A DNA stretch of 64,000 bases from Puniceicoccaceae bacterium (GTDB taxonomy: Bacteria > Verrucomicrobiota > Verrucomicrobiia > Opitutales > Oceanipulchritudinaceae), in contig JBFOMH010000004.1 of the NCBI GenBank assembly GCA_040830765.1, positions 1 to 64,000 of the forward strand, in the 5' to 3' direction. Numbering within the stretch: the stretch's first letter is position 1; each line of letters begins with the position of its first letter. Positions 29,465-42,851 of this stretch are shown here, piece after piece. Position numbers and translations under genes: made by a program. The notes beneath the pieces are model-generated. The model was not told the DNA's origin. It was given only the letters and a program-made list of their open reading frames with translations, and made no database searches.

Positions 29465-31234
29465 ATCGGCCCGCCCCGGTTGCAGCATCAGCTTGCGATT
29501 GATTTCGCTGTTCCGCTGCTCGACGAATGTTGGCCTGCCGCGGGCATCCAGAAGCGGGTTTTCGCATTGCAGAAGCTCTTTCACCAGAGCTTCCCAACCG
29601 GATTGCTCCTTCGGGGAAAAGCCCCGCGCTGCGCGAATGGCAGCCAGCCGCGCCACCAGGATAAGGGCGGGCTGCTTGTCATCCGGACGCAATCCCCGCT
29701 CGCGTATCCGGTTAACCAATTCTTCTACGAATGGCTCCGCCTGTTCTGCCTCCAGCCAGGCCGGGATACTCCGGATGCGAAACAGATGACGCCCGAACGG
29801 CTCGATGGTGAACCCTATGGAAGCGAAGAAATCGACCTGGTCGCCCAGAAGGGTGGCTTCAAGTGGCGCAAGTTCCAGCATCGGAGGAATCAACATCGGC
29901 TGGCTGGGAATACTTTCCTGCTTCAAGGATGCGGACATCTGCTCAAACAATATCCGTTCCCGTGCCGCAACGGGGTTGACCACAATGAGGCCGTCCGGAC
30001 TTTCGAACAGGCCCAGGCGGCCTTGGAAAATGCCACAATAGCGCCAGACATCCGGGGATGGCCTGGCCGGCGGTGAAGGGAGCTCCGCTTTTGGAAAGGA
30101 CTCTGTAAGGGCTTTTGGAAACTTGTCGGTTCGGGAAGCCGGCTGCCGTGGCTGTTGTGGAACAACGGAGGGACGTGGCGGTTCGGGTGTGGCTGGTTTC
30201 TCAACCGGCTCGACCGGCTCAGCCTGTCTCAGGGACTGGCGGGACTGGCTGGCCAGGAATTCCGTCAACCCTGACATCACAGCGCTGCGGATACGCGGCT
30301 CGGCACGGAAGCGGACCTCCCGCTTTGTCGGGTGGACGTTAACATCCACCTCACCGTCCGGAACATCAACAAACAGGAAAGCCATCGGGTATCGACCCCG
30401 GGGCAGGTAACGATGGTAGCTTTCAATGAGGGCGTAATTCAGCAAGCGACTGTCCACCGGGCGTTTGTTGACAAAAGTAATCATCTCCGCCCGGGTACTC
30501 CGCCCCACTCCGGGCCGGCCAACAAGCCCGCTGACCTGAAGCCCGTCGTTCTCGAATTCCAGCGGGAGCAAATCCTCGACCCGGCGCCGGCCGAAAATTT
30601 CCCGTACCCGTTGGAGGCGGTCCGGACAGGCTGGCGTGCGGAACACTTCATGCCCGTCCTCGATGAGACTGAAAGCCACCTCCGGATGGGCGACCGCAAG
30701 GAGCCGGCACATCTGCAATATGTGGGCTGCCTCGGTCCGGTCGGTCTTCATGAACTTTCTCCGGGCCGGGACGTTGTGGAACAGGTGGGAAACAATGACT
30801 TCCGTTCCGGGTGACATCCCGCAAGCGTTCAGCACCGGTTCCCGGCCTCCGTCCACTTTCAATTCGGTCCCTTCCGATGCCTCCCGCTGACGGGTCCGGA
30901 GAACGAAACGCGAAACGCTGGCTATACTGGGCAGGGCCTCTCCGCGAAAACCGAAACTGCCAATCCGGAGAATGTCCTCCACCTGGCGAATCTTACTGGT
31001 GGCATGCCTTTGCAAGGCCATTGCCGCATCTTCCGGACTCATGCCAACCCCGTCATCAAGTACCCGGACAAGGGCTTTACCGCCCTGTTCGAACTGGATT
31101 TCAATCGAACGCGCCCCCGCATCGAGGGAATTTTCAACCAGCTCCTTGACCACCGCCACGGGCCGCTCGACGACTTCACCGGCCGCGATCTGGTTCGCGA
31201 CCGAGTCCGGCAACTTGACGATTTTTCCTGCCAT
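29438..31234 (-). CDS. mutL: DNA mismatch repair protein MutL
   Basis: [41 protein letters not shown] and [12 protein letters not shown]-terminal dimerisation domain is present with degenerate nuclease motifs. Confidence 0.96.
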   Translation of the reverse strand: MAGKIVKLPDSVANQIAAGEVVERPVAVVKELVENSLDAGARSIEIQFEQGGKALVRVLDDGVGMSPEDAAMALQRHATSKIRQVEDILRIGSFGFRGEALPSIASVSRFVLRTRQREASEGTELKVDGGREPVLNACGMSPGTEVIVSHLFHNVPARRKFMKTDRTEAAHILQMCRLLAVAHPEVAFSLIEDGHEVFRTPACPDRLQRVREIFGRRRVEDLLPLEFENDGLQVSGLVGRPGVGRSTRAEMITFVNKRPVDSRLLNYALIESYHRYLPRGRYPMAFLFVDVPDGEVDVNVHPTKREVRFRAEPRIRSAVMSGLTEFLASQSRQSLRQAEPVEPVEKPATPEPPRPSVVPQQPRQPASRTDKFPKALTESFPKAELPSPPARPSPDVWRYCGIFQGRLGLFESPDGLIVVNPVAARERILFEQMSASLKQESIPSQPMLIPPMLELAPLEATLLGDQVDFFASIGFTIEPFGRHLFRIRSIPAWLEAEQAEPFVEELVNRIRERGLRPDDKQPALILVARLAAIRAARGFSPKEQSGWEALVKELLQCENPLLDARGRPTFVEQRNSEINRKLMLQPGRADSDSLDGGA

Positions 31235-31255
31235 GGTCAGGACCGGGATACTGTC

Positions 31256-31693
31256 CTATTCGGACTCCCGGGATTCCATCTCGTTGATTTCATCCTCTCC
31301 GCGAAGCCATTTGATGTCGAAGCAGCGGACAATGAAATAAATGGCCACCCCGACTCCGACAAAGGGCAGAATAAAATGTTGGCTGCCCTCCCTTCCCGGA
31401 ATGAGCGTATCGAGATACATGGACATGAGCACGCTGAGGCAAATACTGAGCACACCTGCTGACGGAAAAAGGATCCGGGCCACCTCGACGGATATCTCGG
31501 GATCGACCTTGTGGACCACGTACCAGTTGACAAGAAACCACACCAGCATGGTCAGGAAAATCATGCCGATGAAATTCATGGCATCCTTTTGTCCCTGGAT
31601 AGCGAGCGTGGCAGACATCAGTAAAAGACAAAGGACTGCTGTCAGGGTGAGTATCTGCGAGAGGCGTAAAATGAATGAACGAAACATTCTCAT
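31256..31693 (-). CDS. Hypothetical 4-TM membrane protein
   Basis: Four hydrophobic segments; ends 21 nt before the mutL start on the same strand. Confidence 0.6.
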   Translation of the reverse strand: MRMFRSFILRLSQILTLTAVLCLLLMSATLAIQGQKDAMNFIGMIFLTMLVWFLVNWYVVHKVDPEISVEVARILFPSAGVLSICLSVLMSMYLDTLIPGREGSQHFILPFVGVGVAIYFIVRCFDIKWLRGEDEINEMESRESE

Positions 31694-31808
31694 CGGAAAA
31701 CAAGAGGATAGATTGAGGTAAATGATCAGTTCAAGGCAAACCCGAGGAGGCAAGAGTCAAATTCAGCAAAAGCTTGAGCAAATCCGGAAAGCGTCCATGA
31801 ATGCCACC

Positions 31809-33332
31809 ATGGGCAATTCAAGCAGGAAAACGGCCATCCAGCCAACACGGGTGGAGAATTATCCCGAATGGTACCAGCAGGTCATCAAGGCCGCCGAGCT
31901 GGCTGAGAATTCACCGGTGCGCGGATGCATGGTCATCAAGCCGTGGGGCTACATGCTGTGGGAAAACATGAAGCATGTCCTCGACCGCATGTTCCGCGAC
32001 ACAGGCCACCGGAATGCCTACTTTCCACTCTTCATTCCCAAGAGCTACCTCGAAAAGGAAGCGGAACACGTGGAGGGTTTCGCCAAGGAATGTGCCGTGG
32101 TGACCCATTCCCGCCTGGAGGCCGGGGAAGACGGGAAACTGCATCCCGCTTCACCCCTTGAGGAACCCCTGATTGTCCGGCCGACCTCGGAGACCATCAT
32201 CGGGGAAATGTATTCCAAGTGGGTCCAGAGCTATCGCGACCTGCCCATCCTGATAAATCAATGGGCAAATGTCGTCCGCTGGGAAATGCGGACCCGCCTC
32301 TTCCTGCGTACCGCGGAGTTCCTCTGGCAGGAAGGCCATACGGCCCATGCCACGGAGGAGGAAGCCTGGAAGGAAACCCGGCTGATGCTGGATGTCTATG
32401 CTGACTTTGCGGAAAACTACATGGCCATGCCCGTCCTCAAGGGCGAAAAGACGGAGGGGGAACGGTTCCCCGGAGCTGTCTCGACACTTTGCATCGAGGC
32501 CATGATGCAGGACCGCAAGGCCCTCCAGGCCGGCACTTCCCACTTCCTTGGCCAGAACTTCGCCAAGGCCAGCGATATCAAGTTTCTCAGTGCCGAAGGG
32601 GAGCAGGAATTTGCCTGGACCACTTCATGGGGGGTCTCTACCCGCCTCATTGGCGGCCTGGTCATGACCCACAGTGATGATGACGGACTGATCCTTCCGC
32701 CCCGGCTGGCCCCTGCCCAAGTGGTCATCCTGCCGGTTATACCCAAGGAAGAGCACCGCGGACCGGTCATGGAAGCCTGCGAGGCCTTGAAGAAGGAGCT
32801 CCACGACCTGACCTGGCTCGACGGACAGCGGCTGGAAATCGAACTGGACGACCGGGATATCCGTGGCGGGGAAAAGATGTGGCAATGGATCAAGCGCGGT
32901 ATTCCGCTACGGGTGGAAATTGGACCGCGTGACCTTGAGTCCGGTTCGGTCTTTGTCGGCCGCCGGGATACCGGTCAAAAGAGTGGCATGCCGAAGGCGG
33001 AGTTTGTCGATAAGGTGGTCGGCCTGCTGGAGGAAATCCAGTCCGGCCTCCTGGAACGTGCCCGCAACTTCCGTGAGGAGCACTCGCGGACGATTGATTC
33101 GGAGAGCGAATTCCGGGAATTTTTCACCCCGGCCAACGCCAACAAGCCGGAAATCCATGGCGGATTCGCCTGGGCCCATTTCTGCGGGGACCCGGAGCTG
33201 GAAGACAAGCTGCAGAAGGAACTCAAGGTGACCGTCCGCTGCATTCCGTACATGGAGAACGCTGAGTCCGGAACCTGTATTTTCACCGGCAAGCCCAGCC
33301 CCCAGCGGGTGGTCTTCGCCAAAGCCTATTGA
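31809..33332 (+). CDS. proS: Proline--tRNA ligase (archaeal/eukaryotic type)
   Basis: WYQQVI, GFAKECAVVTH, VRPTSET, RWEMRTRLFLRTAEFLWQEGHT, QAGTSHFLGQNF and C-terminal FAKAY. Confidence 0.97.
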   Translation: MGNSSRKTAIQPTRVENYPEWYQQVIKAAELAENSPVRGCMVIKPWGYMLWENMKHVLDRMFRDTGHRNAYFPLFIPKSYLEKEAEHVEGFAKECAVVTHSRLEAGEDGKLHPASPLEEPLIVRPTSETIIGEMYSKWVQSYRDLPILINQWANVVRWEMRTRLFLRTAEFLWQEGHTAHATEEEAWKETRLMLDVYADFAENYMAMPVLKGEKTEGERFPGAVSTLCIEAMMQDRKALQAGTSHFLGQNFAKASDIKFLSAEGEQEFAWTTSWGVSTRLIGGLVMTHSDDDGLILPPRLAPAQVVILPVIPKEEHRGPVMEACEALKKELHDLTWLDGQRLEIELDDRDIRGGEKMWQWIKRGIPLRVEIGPRDLESGSVFVGRRDTGQKSGMPKAEFVDKVVGLLEEIQSGLLERARNFREEHSRTIDSESEFREFFTPANANKPEIHGGFAWAHFCGDPELEDKLQKELKVTVRCIPYMENAESGTCIFTGKPSPQRVVFAKAY

Positions 33333-33341
33333 GGTGGTTTC

Positions 33342-34355
33342 ATGATTATTGTCCTTAAACCGAATGCCGGTAAGCCGGAAGCCGACGAGATTCTTGCCAA
33401 GATCGAGGGCATGGGCCTGAAGCCCCTGTACATGCCGGGAAGCGAACGAACCGTCATTGGCGCACTGGGCGACGAGCGCAAACTGGGCCTTTTGCACCTG
33501 GAGAGTCATCCGGCCGTCGAGCGGGTCGACCCGATCCTTGCTCCCTACAAGGCCGTCAGCCGGGAAATGCATGCCCAGAACAGTATTGTCAAGGTGGGCA
33601 AGTTGACGATCGGGGGTAGCGGGTTTGCGGTCATAGCCGGACCCTGTGCCGTGGAAAGTCTTCAGCAGATGCGGGCCACTGCCCAGGCAGTCAGCAAGGC
33701 CGGCGCGCATGGGCTTCGCGGTGGCGCCTTCAAGCCAAGGACCAGTCCCTACTCATTCCAGGGACTGGGACTGGAGGGTCTCGAGATCCTGCAGCAAGTA
33801 GGTTCCGAGGAAGGATTACCGGTCATCACCGAGGTGGTGGAAGTGGCGGATGTGGAAGCGGTTGAATCCCATGCCGATGCCTTTCAGGTCGGCGCACGCA
33901 ACATGCAGAATTTCCGACTCCTGAGCGCCCTTGGCCGGGCGGGCAAGCCCGTCTTCCTGAAGCGGGGGATGGCAGCGACCGTCAAGGACGTCCTCATGTC
34001 GGCGGAGTACATCGCCTCTGAAGGCAACCACCAGATTATCCTCTGTGAGCGGGGAATCCGTACCTTCGAGGGCGGTACCCGGAACACTCTCGACCTCTCC
34101 GCGGTCTGCCAGTTCAAGAAGTTGAGTCATCTTCCAGTCGTGGTCGATCCCAGCCATGGAACCGGTGTGCGGGAGTTTGTTGCCCCGATGGCTTATGCCG
34201 CGGCAGCCGCTGGGGCGGACGGGCTTCTCGTTGAAGTGCATGCCAATCCGAAGGAGGCCCTTTCCGATGGTGCGCAATCGCTTTTCCCGGAACAGTTCGC
34301 CGAGTTGATGCAGGGCTTGCGGGGATTTGTGGAAGCCGCCGGCCGGACCCTTTAA
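33342..34355 (+). CDS. aroF: 3-deoxy-7-phosphoheptulonate synthase (type I-beta with N-terminal regulatory domain)
   Basis: IAGPCAVES, GGAFKPRTSPYSFQG, GARNMQNF, CERGIRTF, DPSHGTG and ALSDG. Confidence 0.95.
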   Translation: MIIVLKPNAGKPEADEILAKIEGMGLKPLYMPGSERTVIGALGDERKLGLLHLESHPAVERVDPILAPYKAVSREMHAQNSIVKVGKLTIGGSGFAVIAGPCAVESLQQMRATAQAVSKAGAHGLRGGAFKPRTSPYSFQGLGLEGLEILQQVGSEEGLPVITEVVEVADVEAVESHADAFQVGARNMQNFRLLSALGRAGKPVFLKRGMAATVKDVLMSAEYIASEGNHQIILCERGIRTFEGGTRNTLDLSAVCQFKKLSHLPVVVDPSHGTGVREFVAPMAYAAAAAGADGLLVEVHANPKEALSDGAQSLFPEQFAELMQGLRGFVEAAGRTL

Positions 34356-35215
34356 TCAAAGACAACCGTCTTGTTGCCGTAGACGAGGACCCGGTGTTCC
34401 AGGTGCCAGCGGACGGCCTGGGCCAGCACGCTCTTCTCGAGATCGCGGCCCTTGCGGACCAAATCACGCACGGAGTGGCGATGGTTGACCGGCGAGACGT
34501 CCTGCTGGATGATCGGGCCATCATCAAGGACGGCGGTGGCGTAGTGCGCCGTGGCCCCGATCAGCTTGACCCCGCGAGAATGGGCCTGGTGATAGGGACG
34601 GGCACCGGCGAAGGCCGGCAGGAAGCTGTGATGGATGTTGATCACCGGGCAACCGCAGTTGTTGAGAAAGTGTTCCGACAGGACCTGCATGTAGCGGGCC
34701 ATGACAATCAGGTCGACATTGTAGTTATCCAGCAATGACAACTGCGCGGCTTCGGCCTCCAGTTTCTTCCCCTTGACGACGGGAACATGATGAAAGGGAA
34801 TCCCGTAGTATTCAGTGATTGAGGCCAAATCCGGATGGTTGGAAATGACACAGGCCAACTCGCAGGGAATCTCACCCATTTTCCAGCGGGCCAATAGATC
34901 GACAAAGCAGTGCTCGATGCGGGAGACAAAAAGCGCTACCCTCGCCTTCGTGTCAGAACGGGATACGGAGACATCCATCCCCTGTTCCCGCATAAACTGG
35001 CTGAACTCCTCCTCTTCCGTGTCATGAGCCTCCGCGGGGACCCACTCAATGCGCTGGAAGAAAATTCCCACCTCGTCATCGCGGTGCTGGTCGGCGTGGA
35101 GGATGTTTCCCTGACGGTCATAAATCCAGTTGGCCGAACGGGCCACCAACCCGGGCTGGTCAGGACCGTGCAACAGGGCAACAAGCGTCGATTTGGACTG
35201 TGTGTCGTTTTCCAT
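34352..35215 (-). CDS. purU: Formyltetrahydrofolate deformylase
   Basis: N-terminal ACT domain (PDQPGLVA), ISNHPD, MARYMQVL, INIHHSFLPAFAGARPY and GATAHY...LDDGPII. Confidence 0.96.
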   Translation of the reverse strand: MENDTQSKSTLVALLHGPDQPGLVARSANWIYDRQGNILHADQHRDDEVGIFFQRIEWVPAEAHDTEEEEFSQFMREQGMDVSVSRSDTKARVALFVSRIEHCFVDLLARWKMGEIPCELACVISNHPDLASITEYYGIPFHHVPVVKGKKLEAEAAQLSLLDNYNVDLIVMARYMQVLSEHFLNNCGCPVINIHHSFLPAFAGARPYHQAHSRGVKLIGATAHYATAVLDDGPIIQQDVSPVNHRHSVRDLVRKGRDLEKSVLAQAVRWHLEHRVLVYGNKTVVFD

Positions 35216-35311
35216 CTATCGAAATAAAGGATAACTTGGACCACAAAGGGACCAGTTAGTCTACATTAAGAAGATCAGACGGTAAGGCAAACTCACCTTG
35301 AGCGGGCCGGA

Positions 35312-38551
<3,240 letters not shown>

Positions 38552-38625
38552 TGAAAAAGGAAATAAGCCCCCACCTGCTACAGCATGCAAGGACAATCGC
38601 CTCTTTGTGGAAAACTTCTTTGTTT

Positions 38626-39645
38626 TTAGGGCAAAGGACGCCCTCTTCCGGCGAGATAGAGCGCATACCACTCCTCCCGGCTGAGTTCCAGTGAGAGGGC
38701 CTCATGGCAACCCTTGAGGCGCCCGGGATCCTGGCTCCCGATAATGGGCTGGATCATTGACGGGTGCTTCAGGAGCCATCCGATGACCACCGCTTCCGGG
38801 CTGACCCCATGCTCCCCGGCGATGCGCTGCACGCACTCGGCTGCCGGCCCCACCCTCTCGGGTTCCCAATCCGGCTCACGGCCGCAGAGATACCCGTAGG
38901 CCATCGGTGCCCAGGCCTGCGTCACCACCCCCTTACGGCGGTGCCATTCAAGGGTGCCGTCCGCCGGATGACCCGCCTCGGGGTCGCGGTCAGCGGTGGC
39001 CACCATGCTGCCATCGATAAGGCTGGTCCGAAGCAGGTTGATCTCCACCTGGTTGGCCACCGGGACAAAGCCCGCCGCCTCGAAGAGGTCCAGCAACGGC
39101 GGAGTGAAGTTGGATACCCCGAAGTGGCGCACTTTTCCGGAGGCCTTCAAAGTCGCCATCGCTTCCAGCATCTCCTCCGGCCGGGCGAGGAAGTCCGGCC
39201 GGTGAAAGAGGAATATATCGAGATAGTCCATGCCCAGACGCTGCAGGCTGGCCTCCGCCGAACAGATGATATGGTCCTTGGAAAAGTCATAGCGATGCGG
39301 GTCGCCGGGCTGGGGATCATCCGGAAAGCGGATCCCGCACTTGCTTTGGACAATGATCGATTCCCGCTCAACCTTGAGTTCCCGGACCAGCTCGCCGAAG
39401 AGGACCTCACTCCGCCCGCGGCAGTAAATGTCCGCATGGTCATAGAAGTCCCAGCCCAGCTCAAGGGCGGTCTCCAGAGCCCCGCGAGCCCGCTTGCGGG
39501 CACTCTCGGGAATGGCGGCGTCGGGCTCCCAGCTGCCGGCAAACTGCATGCAGCCCAGAGCCAGCCTCCCGGACTTCAGGCCCTCGGCGAGTGGAAAATC
39601 TAGGGATAGTCCACTGTCACTGGAAATAACGGGTAACGATGACAT
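38626..39645 (-). CDS. Aldo/keto reductase (YdhF-like)
   Basis: LALGCM, YDHADIY, QSKCGI, LFHRPD, FGVSNF and NQVE. Start is uncertain (39645, 39657 or 39681). Confidence 0.9.
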   Translation of the reverse strand: MSSLPVISSDSGLSLDFPLAEGLKSGRLALGCMQFAGSWEPDAAIPESARKRARGALETALELGWDFYDHADIYCRGRSEVLFGELVRELKVERESIIVQSKCGIRFPDDPQPGDPHRYDFSKDHIICSAEASLQRLGMDYLDIFLFHRPDFLARPEEMLEAMATLKASGKVRHFGVSNFTPPLLDLFEAAGFVPVANQVEINLLRTSLIDGSMVATADRDPEAGHPADGTLEWHRRKGVVTQAWAPMAYGYLCGREPDWEPERVGPAAECVQRIAGEHGVSPEAVVIGWLLKHPSMIQPIIGSQDPGRLKGCHEALSLELSREEWYALYLAGRGRPLP

Positions 39646-39683
39646 ACCCTGTCGCATGTCGCCCGAATCCTCCCGGGTCAAGC

Positions 39684-40838
39684 CTACGCCTCCAGCAGGT
39701 CGACCATGAACTGCCCGGGACGGTAGTTGCCCATCAGGATAGTGGTCTGGCCGCCCTTGTGCATGCGGACTTCCGGAATCCGCACCTCCGGTGTCTTGTG
39801 GGGCGCGTAAAGGACATCATCATGGGAGGAATTCTTGTGCTCCTTGAACATGTCGGGAGTGATATTTCCCCCGAGATGGTCATCGCGCCCGGTAGCCACG
39901 TGAATCGTCCCGAGGATTTTTTCATCCTGGATATCCCGTCCACTGAAAGGCAGGACCTGCGTCCCGAATCCCAGCTCCCCGATGGCGCCGATCATGGGAT
40001 CGTCCTTGAGGCGGTTGTTGTGGTCCTCGATAAAGTCATACTCGCCATAAATCAGGCGGCTGCTGACGATCTTGCCACCCTCGACGGTCAGAAGTCCCAG
40101 GGTTTCCTCATCATACTTGAAGGGGAACTGGCCCTCCGCCCCTTCCGGGACGAAATAGACCTCACCGGCCGGGAGGTTAGCCACATCGGGCTTGCCGGGC
40201 GGGCAGAGACCATGACTCTTCTGGGCTTCCTGCCCGTTGGTAATGAGCCGCAGGGTGGTCTTCACGCCCTCGACCTCAAAGTCGATTTCGAACCAGTCCG
40301 CCTGGGTGAGTCCAAGGCGCAGCTTTTCCGCATCGCTGCTGACCTCGTCGTAATTCACGCTGAGTCCGGTATCGACGATGATCTGGTTAAGGCCATGCAG
40401 GGTGGCTCCACGGAAACCAAACTCCTTGGCCTTGGCGGTCAACGGAGCAGTGGCGGAAAAGGTCGAGACAATCAGGATAATGCCATAGTTGGGATAAATG
40501 TCCTTATCGAGGCTGAGTTTGTTGCCGTGGATGTCGTAGCACTCGTCCTCCATGTCGAGGTTGCTGCCGCCGGTCTCGTGGTAGGCATAAAAGTCGCCAT
40601 CGGTGTAGTTCATTTCCTCAAGGCCCCCGTTCTTGAAGCCCTCATAGAACACCTTGTGCCCGTAGTTCTGAATCGAGAGCCGCGGATTGTTGAGGAAGGC
40701 GAAATCCTTCACCTCCTTGGGATCGGGCAAATCGATCATGATGCAAAGGCGCTCCCCGGAACCCTTGCCAAAACAAGTCTCCATAAGGCGCTTGAGTGAG
40801 AAGGGAGCGAAGTTTCTTCTGCTTGCGTCGAATTCCAT
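39684..40838 (-). CDS. M29 (aminopeptidase T/AmpS)-like metalloenzyme
   Basis: NLPAGEVY, GELGFG, DEKILGTIHVATG and HDD match the E/E/E/H/H/D ligand pattern of the M29 fold. Confidence 0.65.
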   Translation of the reverse strand: MEFDASRRNFAPFSLKRLMETCFGKGSGERLCIMIDLPDPKEVKDFAFLNNPRLSIQNYGHKVFYEGFKNGGLEEMNYTDGDFYAYHETGGSNLDMEDECYDIHGNKLSLDKDIYPNYGIILIVSTFSATAPLTAKAKEFGFRGATLHGLNQIIVDTGLSVNYDEVSSDAEKLRLGLTQADWFEIDFEVEGVKTTLRLITNGQEAQKSHGLCPPGKPDVANLPAGEVYFVPEGAEGQFPFKYDEETLGLLTVEGGKIVSSRLIYGEYDFIEDHNNRLKDDPMIGAIGELGFGTQVLPFSGRDIQDEKILGTIHVATGRDDHLGGNITPDMFKEHKNSSHDDVLYAPHKTPEVRIPEVRMHKGGQTTILMGNYRPGQFMVDLLEA

Positions 40839-40901
40839 GGCGGCACTTTAGGGGAAAGTAGCCAAACTGTAAAGGGCCCAAGGAAATTTCCCTGGCACCG
40901 G

Positions 40902-41591
40902 CTATTCAAAGAGGCCGTCGCGCATATGGAAGGTGGCGTCGCAGGCCTTGGCGAGGTCCCGGTTATGGGTCACGACAAGGATAGTCCGGTTCAGCTCATG
41001 GGCGAGACCCTGCAGCTGCCCGAAGAGGGTCAACGAATTTTGGAAGTCCAGATTGCCGGTTGGTTCATCCGCAAGGACAAGGTCCGGATCATTGGCAAGG
41101 GCCCGGGCCACGGCCACGCGCTGGCGCTCGCCACCGGAAAGCTGATTCCCCTTGCGCCCGGTCTTGTCACCCAAGCCAACGATGTCGAGGAGCTTGCAGG
41201 CCTTCTCATGGGCTCCCTCGCGGCTGATGCCTCCCTGCTTGAGCATGGGCAGCATCAGGTTTTCGGCGGCAGAAAATTCCGAAAGGAGAAAGTGGAACTG
41301 GAAGACAAATCCGATCCGGCTGCCGCGGATGCGGGTCCGCTCCGCCTCGTTGGACTGGTCCACGCGTTCCCCACCAAGCCAGATTTCACCGGAATCCGGC
41401 CGGTCCAGTAACCCAAGCAGATAAAGGAGCGTACTTTTGCCGCAGCCACTGGGCCCGACAATGGCATAGGTCCGGCCACGCTGCAGGGTAAGGTCGATTC
41501 CCCGCAGGACGTGCACCTGATCCGCTCCACTTCCCAGTGTCCGGTGGAGCTGGCGGGTTTCCAGAACGGCCTCTGTGGTGGAATTCTCCAT
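40902..41591 (-). CDS. ABC transporter ATP-binding protein (LolD/MacB-like)
   Basis: GPSGCGKST, IGFVFQFH, LSGGERQRVAVARAL, LADEPTGNLD and VTHN. Confidence 0.93.
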   Translation of the reverse strand: MENSTTEAVLETRQLHRTLGSGADQVHVLRGIDLTLQRGRTYAIVGPSGCGKSTLLYLLGLLDRPDSGEIWLGGERVDQSNEAERTRIRGSRIGFVFQFHFLLSEFSAAENLMLPMLKQGGISREGAHEKACKLLDIVGLGDKTGRKGNQLSGGERQRVAVARALANDPDLVLADEPTGNLDFQNSLTLFGQLQGLAHELNRTILVVTHNRDLAKACDATFHMRDGLFE

Positions 41592-41594
41592 ACC

Positions 41595-42845
41595 TCAGCC
41601 TCCTGTCCCCCGGATAACTTCGCCTGGCTCGACCCGTGCCGCCCGGCGGGCCGGAATGAGGGCGGCGATGAGGACAACCAGCCCGGCCACCACGGCTGCT
41701 GAAACGTAATGCCAAATCGACCAGGCGACGACAAAGTGGTCTGTGGAAAAGATCCCCCGGATACGGATCGGCAGGCTCTCAATCCCCTTGGTCAACAGGG
41801 CCGCCATGATGAATCCAATGAGGGTGCCCATGACGTAGACGATGATTCCCTGGAAGAGGAAAATGTTAAGGATGTCCCGGCGGCTGTAACCAACTGAACG
41901 GAGGATGGCGATTTCCCGGGAACGTTCCATGACAATGATGGCGAGGGTGTTGAACATCCCCAGTCCAGCGATCAGGATTATCGTCGACATGGAGAGGGCG
42001 GAGGAAATCCGCAGGACCCGGAAGACCTCCAGCCAGGACTTCTCCCGTTCCTGCCAACTGGCAACGTAGTGACCCAGTGCATACTCCATTTGCCGGGCCT
42101 GGGCGGGAGCCTTGTCCGGGTTCTTGGTCATCACCTGGATGTAACTGACCCGCTCCATCTCGTTGAGCAGGCGACGGGCCTCCTGCAAGTGGACAAAGAC
42201 GTGGGTTTTATCGAAAAAATCGATACCGGTCTCGAAGATTCCGGTGACTTTGTAACGACGGGTCTCCCCGACATGGCTCAGGAGCAGGAAACTTCCCGGC
42301 ATGACCTCCATGCGTTCCGCCAGTCGCTTGCCGACCAGTATCCCGTCAGGCGCCTCGGCAAATGCCCGCAGGTCCCCGTATGTGATCTGGTACTCCAGAT
42401 CGGAGACCTCGATGTATTCGTTCGGCAATATCCCGATGGCCCGGCCGGCCTCGGTCCGGAAACCGCTGGAGATTTGGACATCGCCCCGAAGGACCGGGGC
42501 CGCCCCCTCGACATCCTCAAACTGGTTGATGGCCTCCATCAGCTGGTTGGGATTGCGGATTCCGGAAATATAACTCCTTCCCTCACGGAGCGGGATTTCG
42601 AAACGGCCTGCTCCCTGGTCACTGGCCACTACCATGCTGGTGATGGTGTTCTGGAATTCATCCTGGACCCGGATGCTGCCGTTGGTCCCGAGGATCGTCC
42701 GGATGAAGAAGTTTTCAAACCCGCTGGTCTGGGCCTGGGTAAAGATGAAAAACGCCACCCCGAAGACAATGCCGGCGAGGCTCATCAACATGGCCCGCTT
42801 CTTGGCTATGAGAAACCGCCAGGCAATGAGGATGTTTTCCCTCAT
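41595..42845 (-). CDS. ABC transporter permease (LolC/E, MacB/FtsX family)
   Basis: N-terminal TM, a large periplasmic domain, then ERSREIAILRSVG and three C-terminal TMs ending IPARRAARVEP. Confidence 0.92.
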   Translation of the reverse strand: MRENILIAWRFLIAKKRAMLMSLAGIVFGVAFFIFTQAQTSGFENFFIRTILGTNGSIRVQDEFQNTITSMVVASDQGAGRFEIPLREGRSYISGIRNPNQLMEAINQFEDVEGAAPVLRGDVQISSGFRTEAGRAIGILPNEYIEVSDLEYQITYGDLRAFAEAPDGILVGKRLAERMEVMPGSFLLLSHVGETRRYKVTGIFETGIDFFDKTHVFVHLQEARRLLNEMERVSYIQVMTKNPDKAPAQARQMEYALGHYVASWQEREKSWLEVFRVLRISSALSMSTIILIAGLGMFNTLAIIVMERSREIAILRSVGYSRRDILNIFLFQGIIVYVMGTLIGFIMAALLTKGIESLPIRIRGIFSTDHFVVAWSIWHYVSAAVVAGLVVLIAALIPARRAARVEPGEVIRGTGG

Positions 42846-42851
42846 GATTCC

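Noticed and set aside
34352..35215. Functional link between purU and the PseG-formyltransferase
   Set aside because: They share the formyl-THF pool, but purU is 26 kb away in housekeeping context; nothing in the sequence links them.
35216..35311. Possible ZTP riboswitch upstream of purU
   Set aside because: The minus-strand sequence lacks the conserved ZTP aptamer elements and shows no terminator.
39639..40799. 386-aa plus-strand ORF (and the similar 45168-46346 ORF)
   Set aside because: Antisense to the M29-like gene and the DEAD-box helicase respectively; no motifs.
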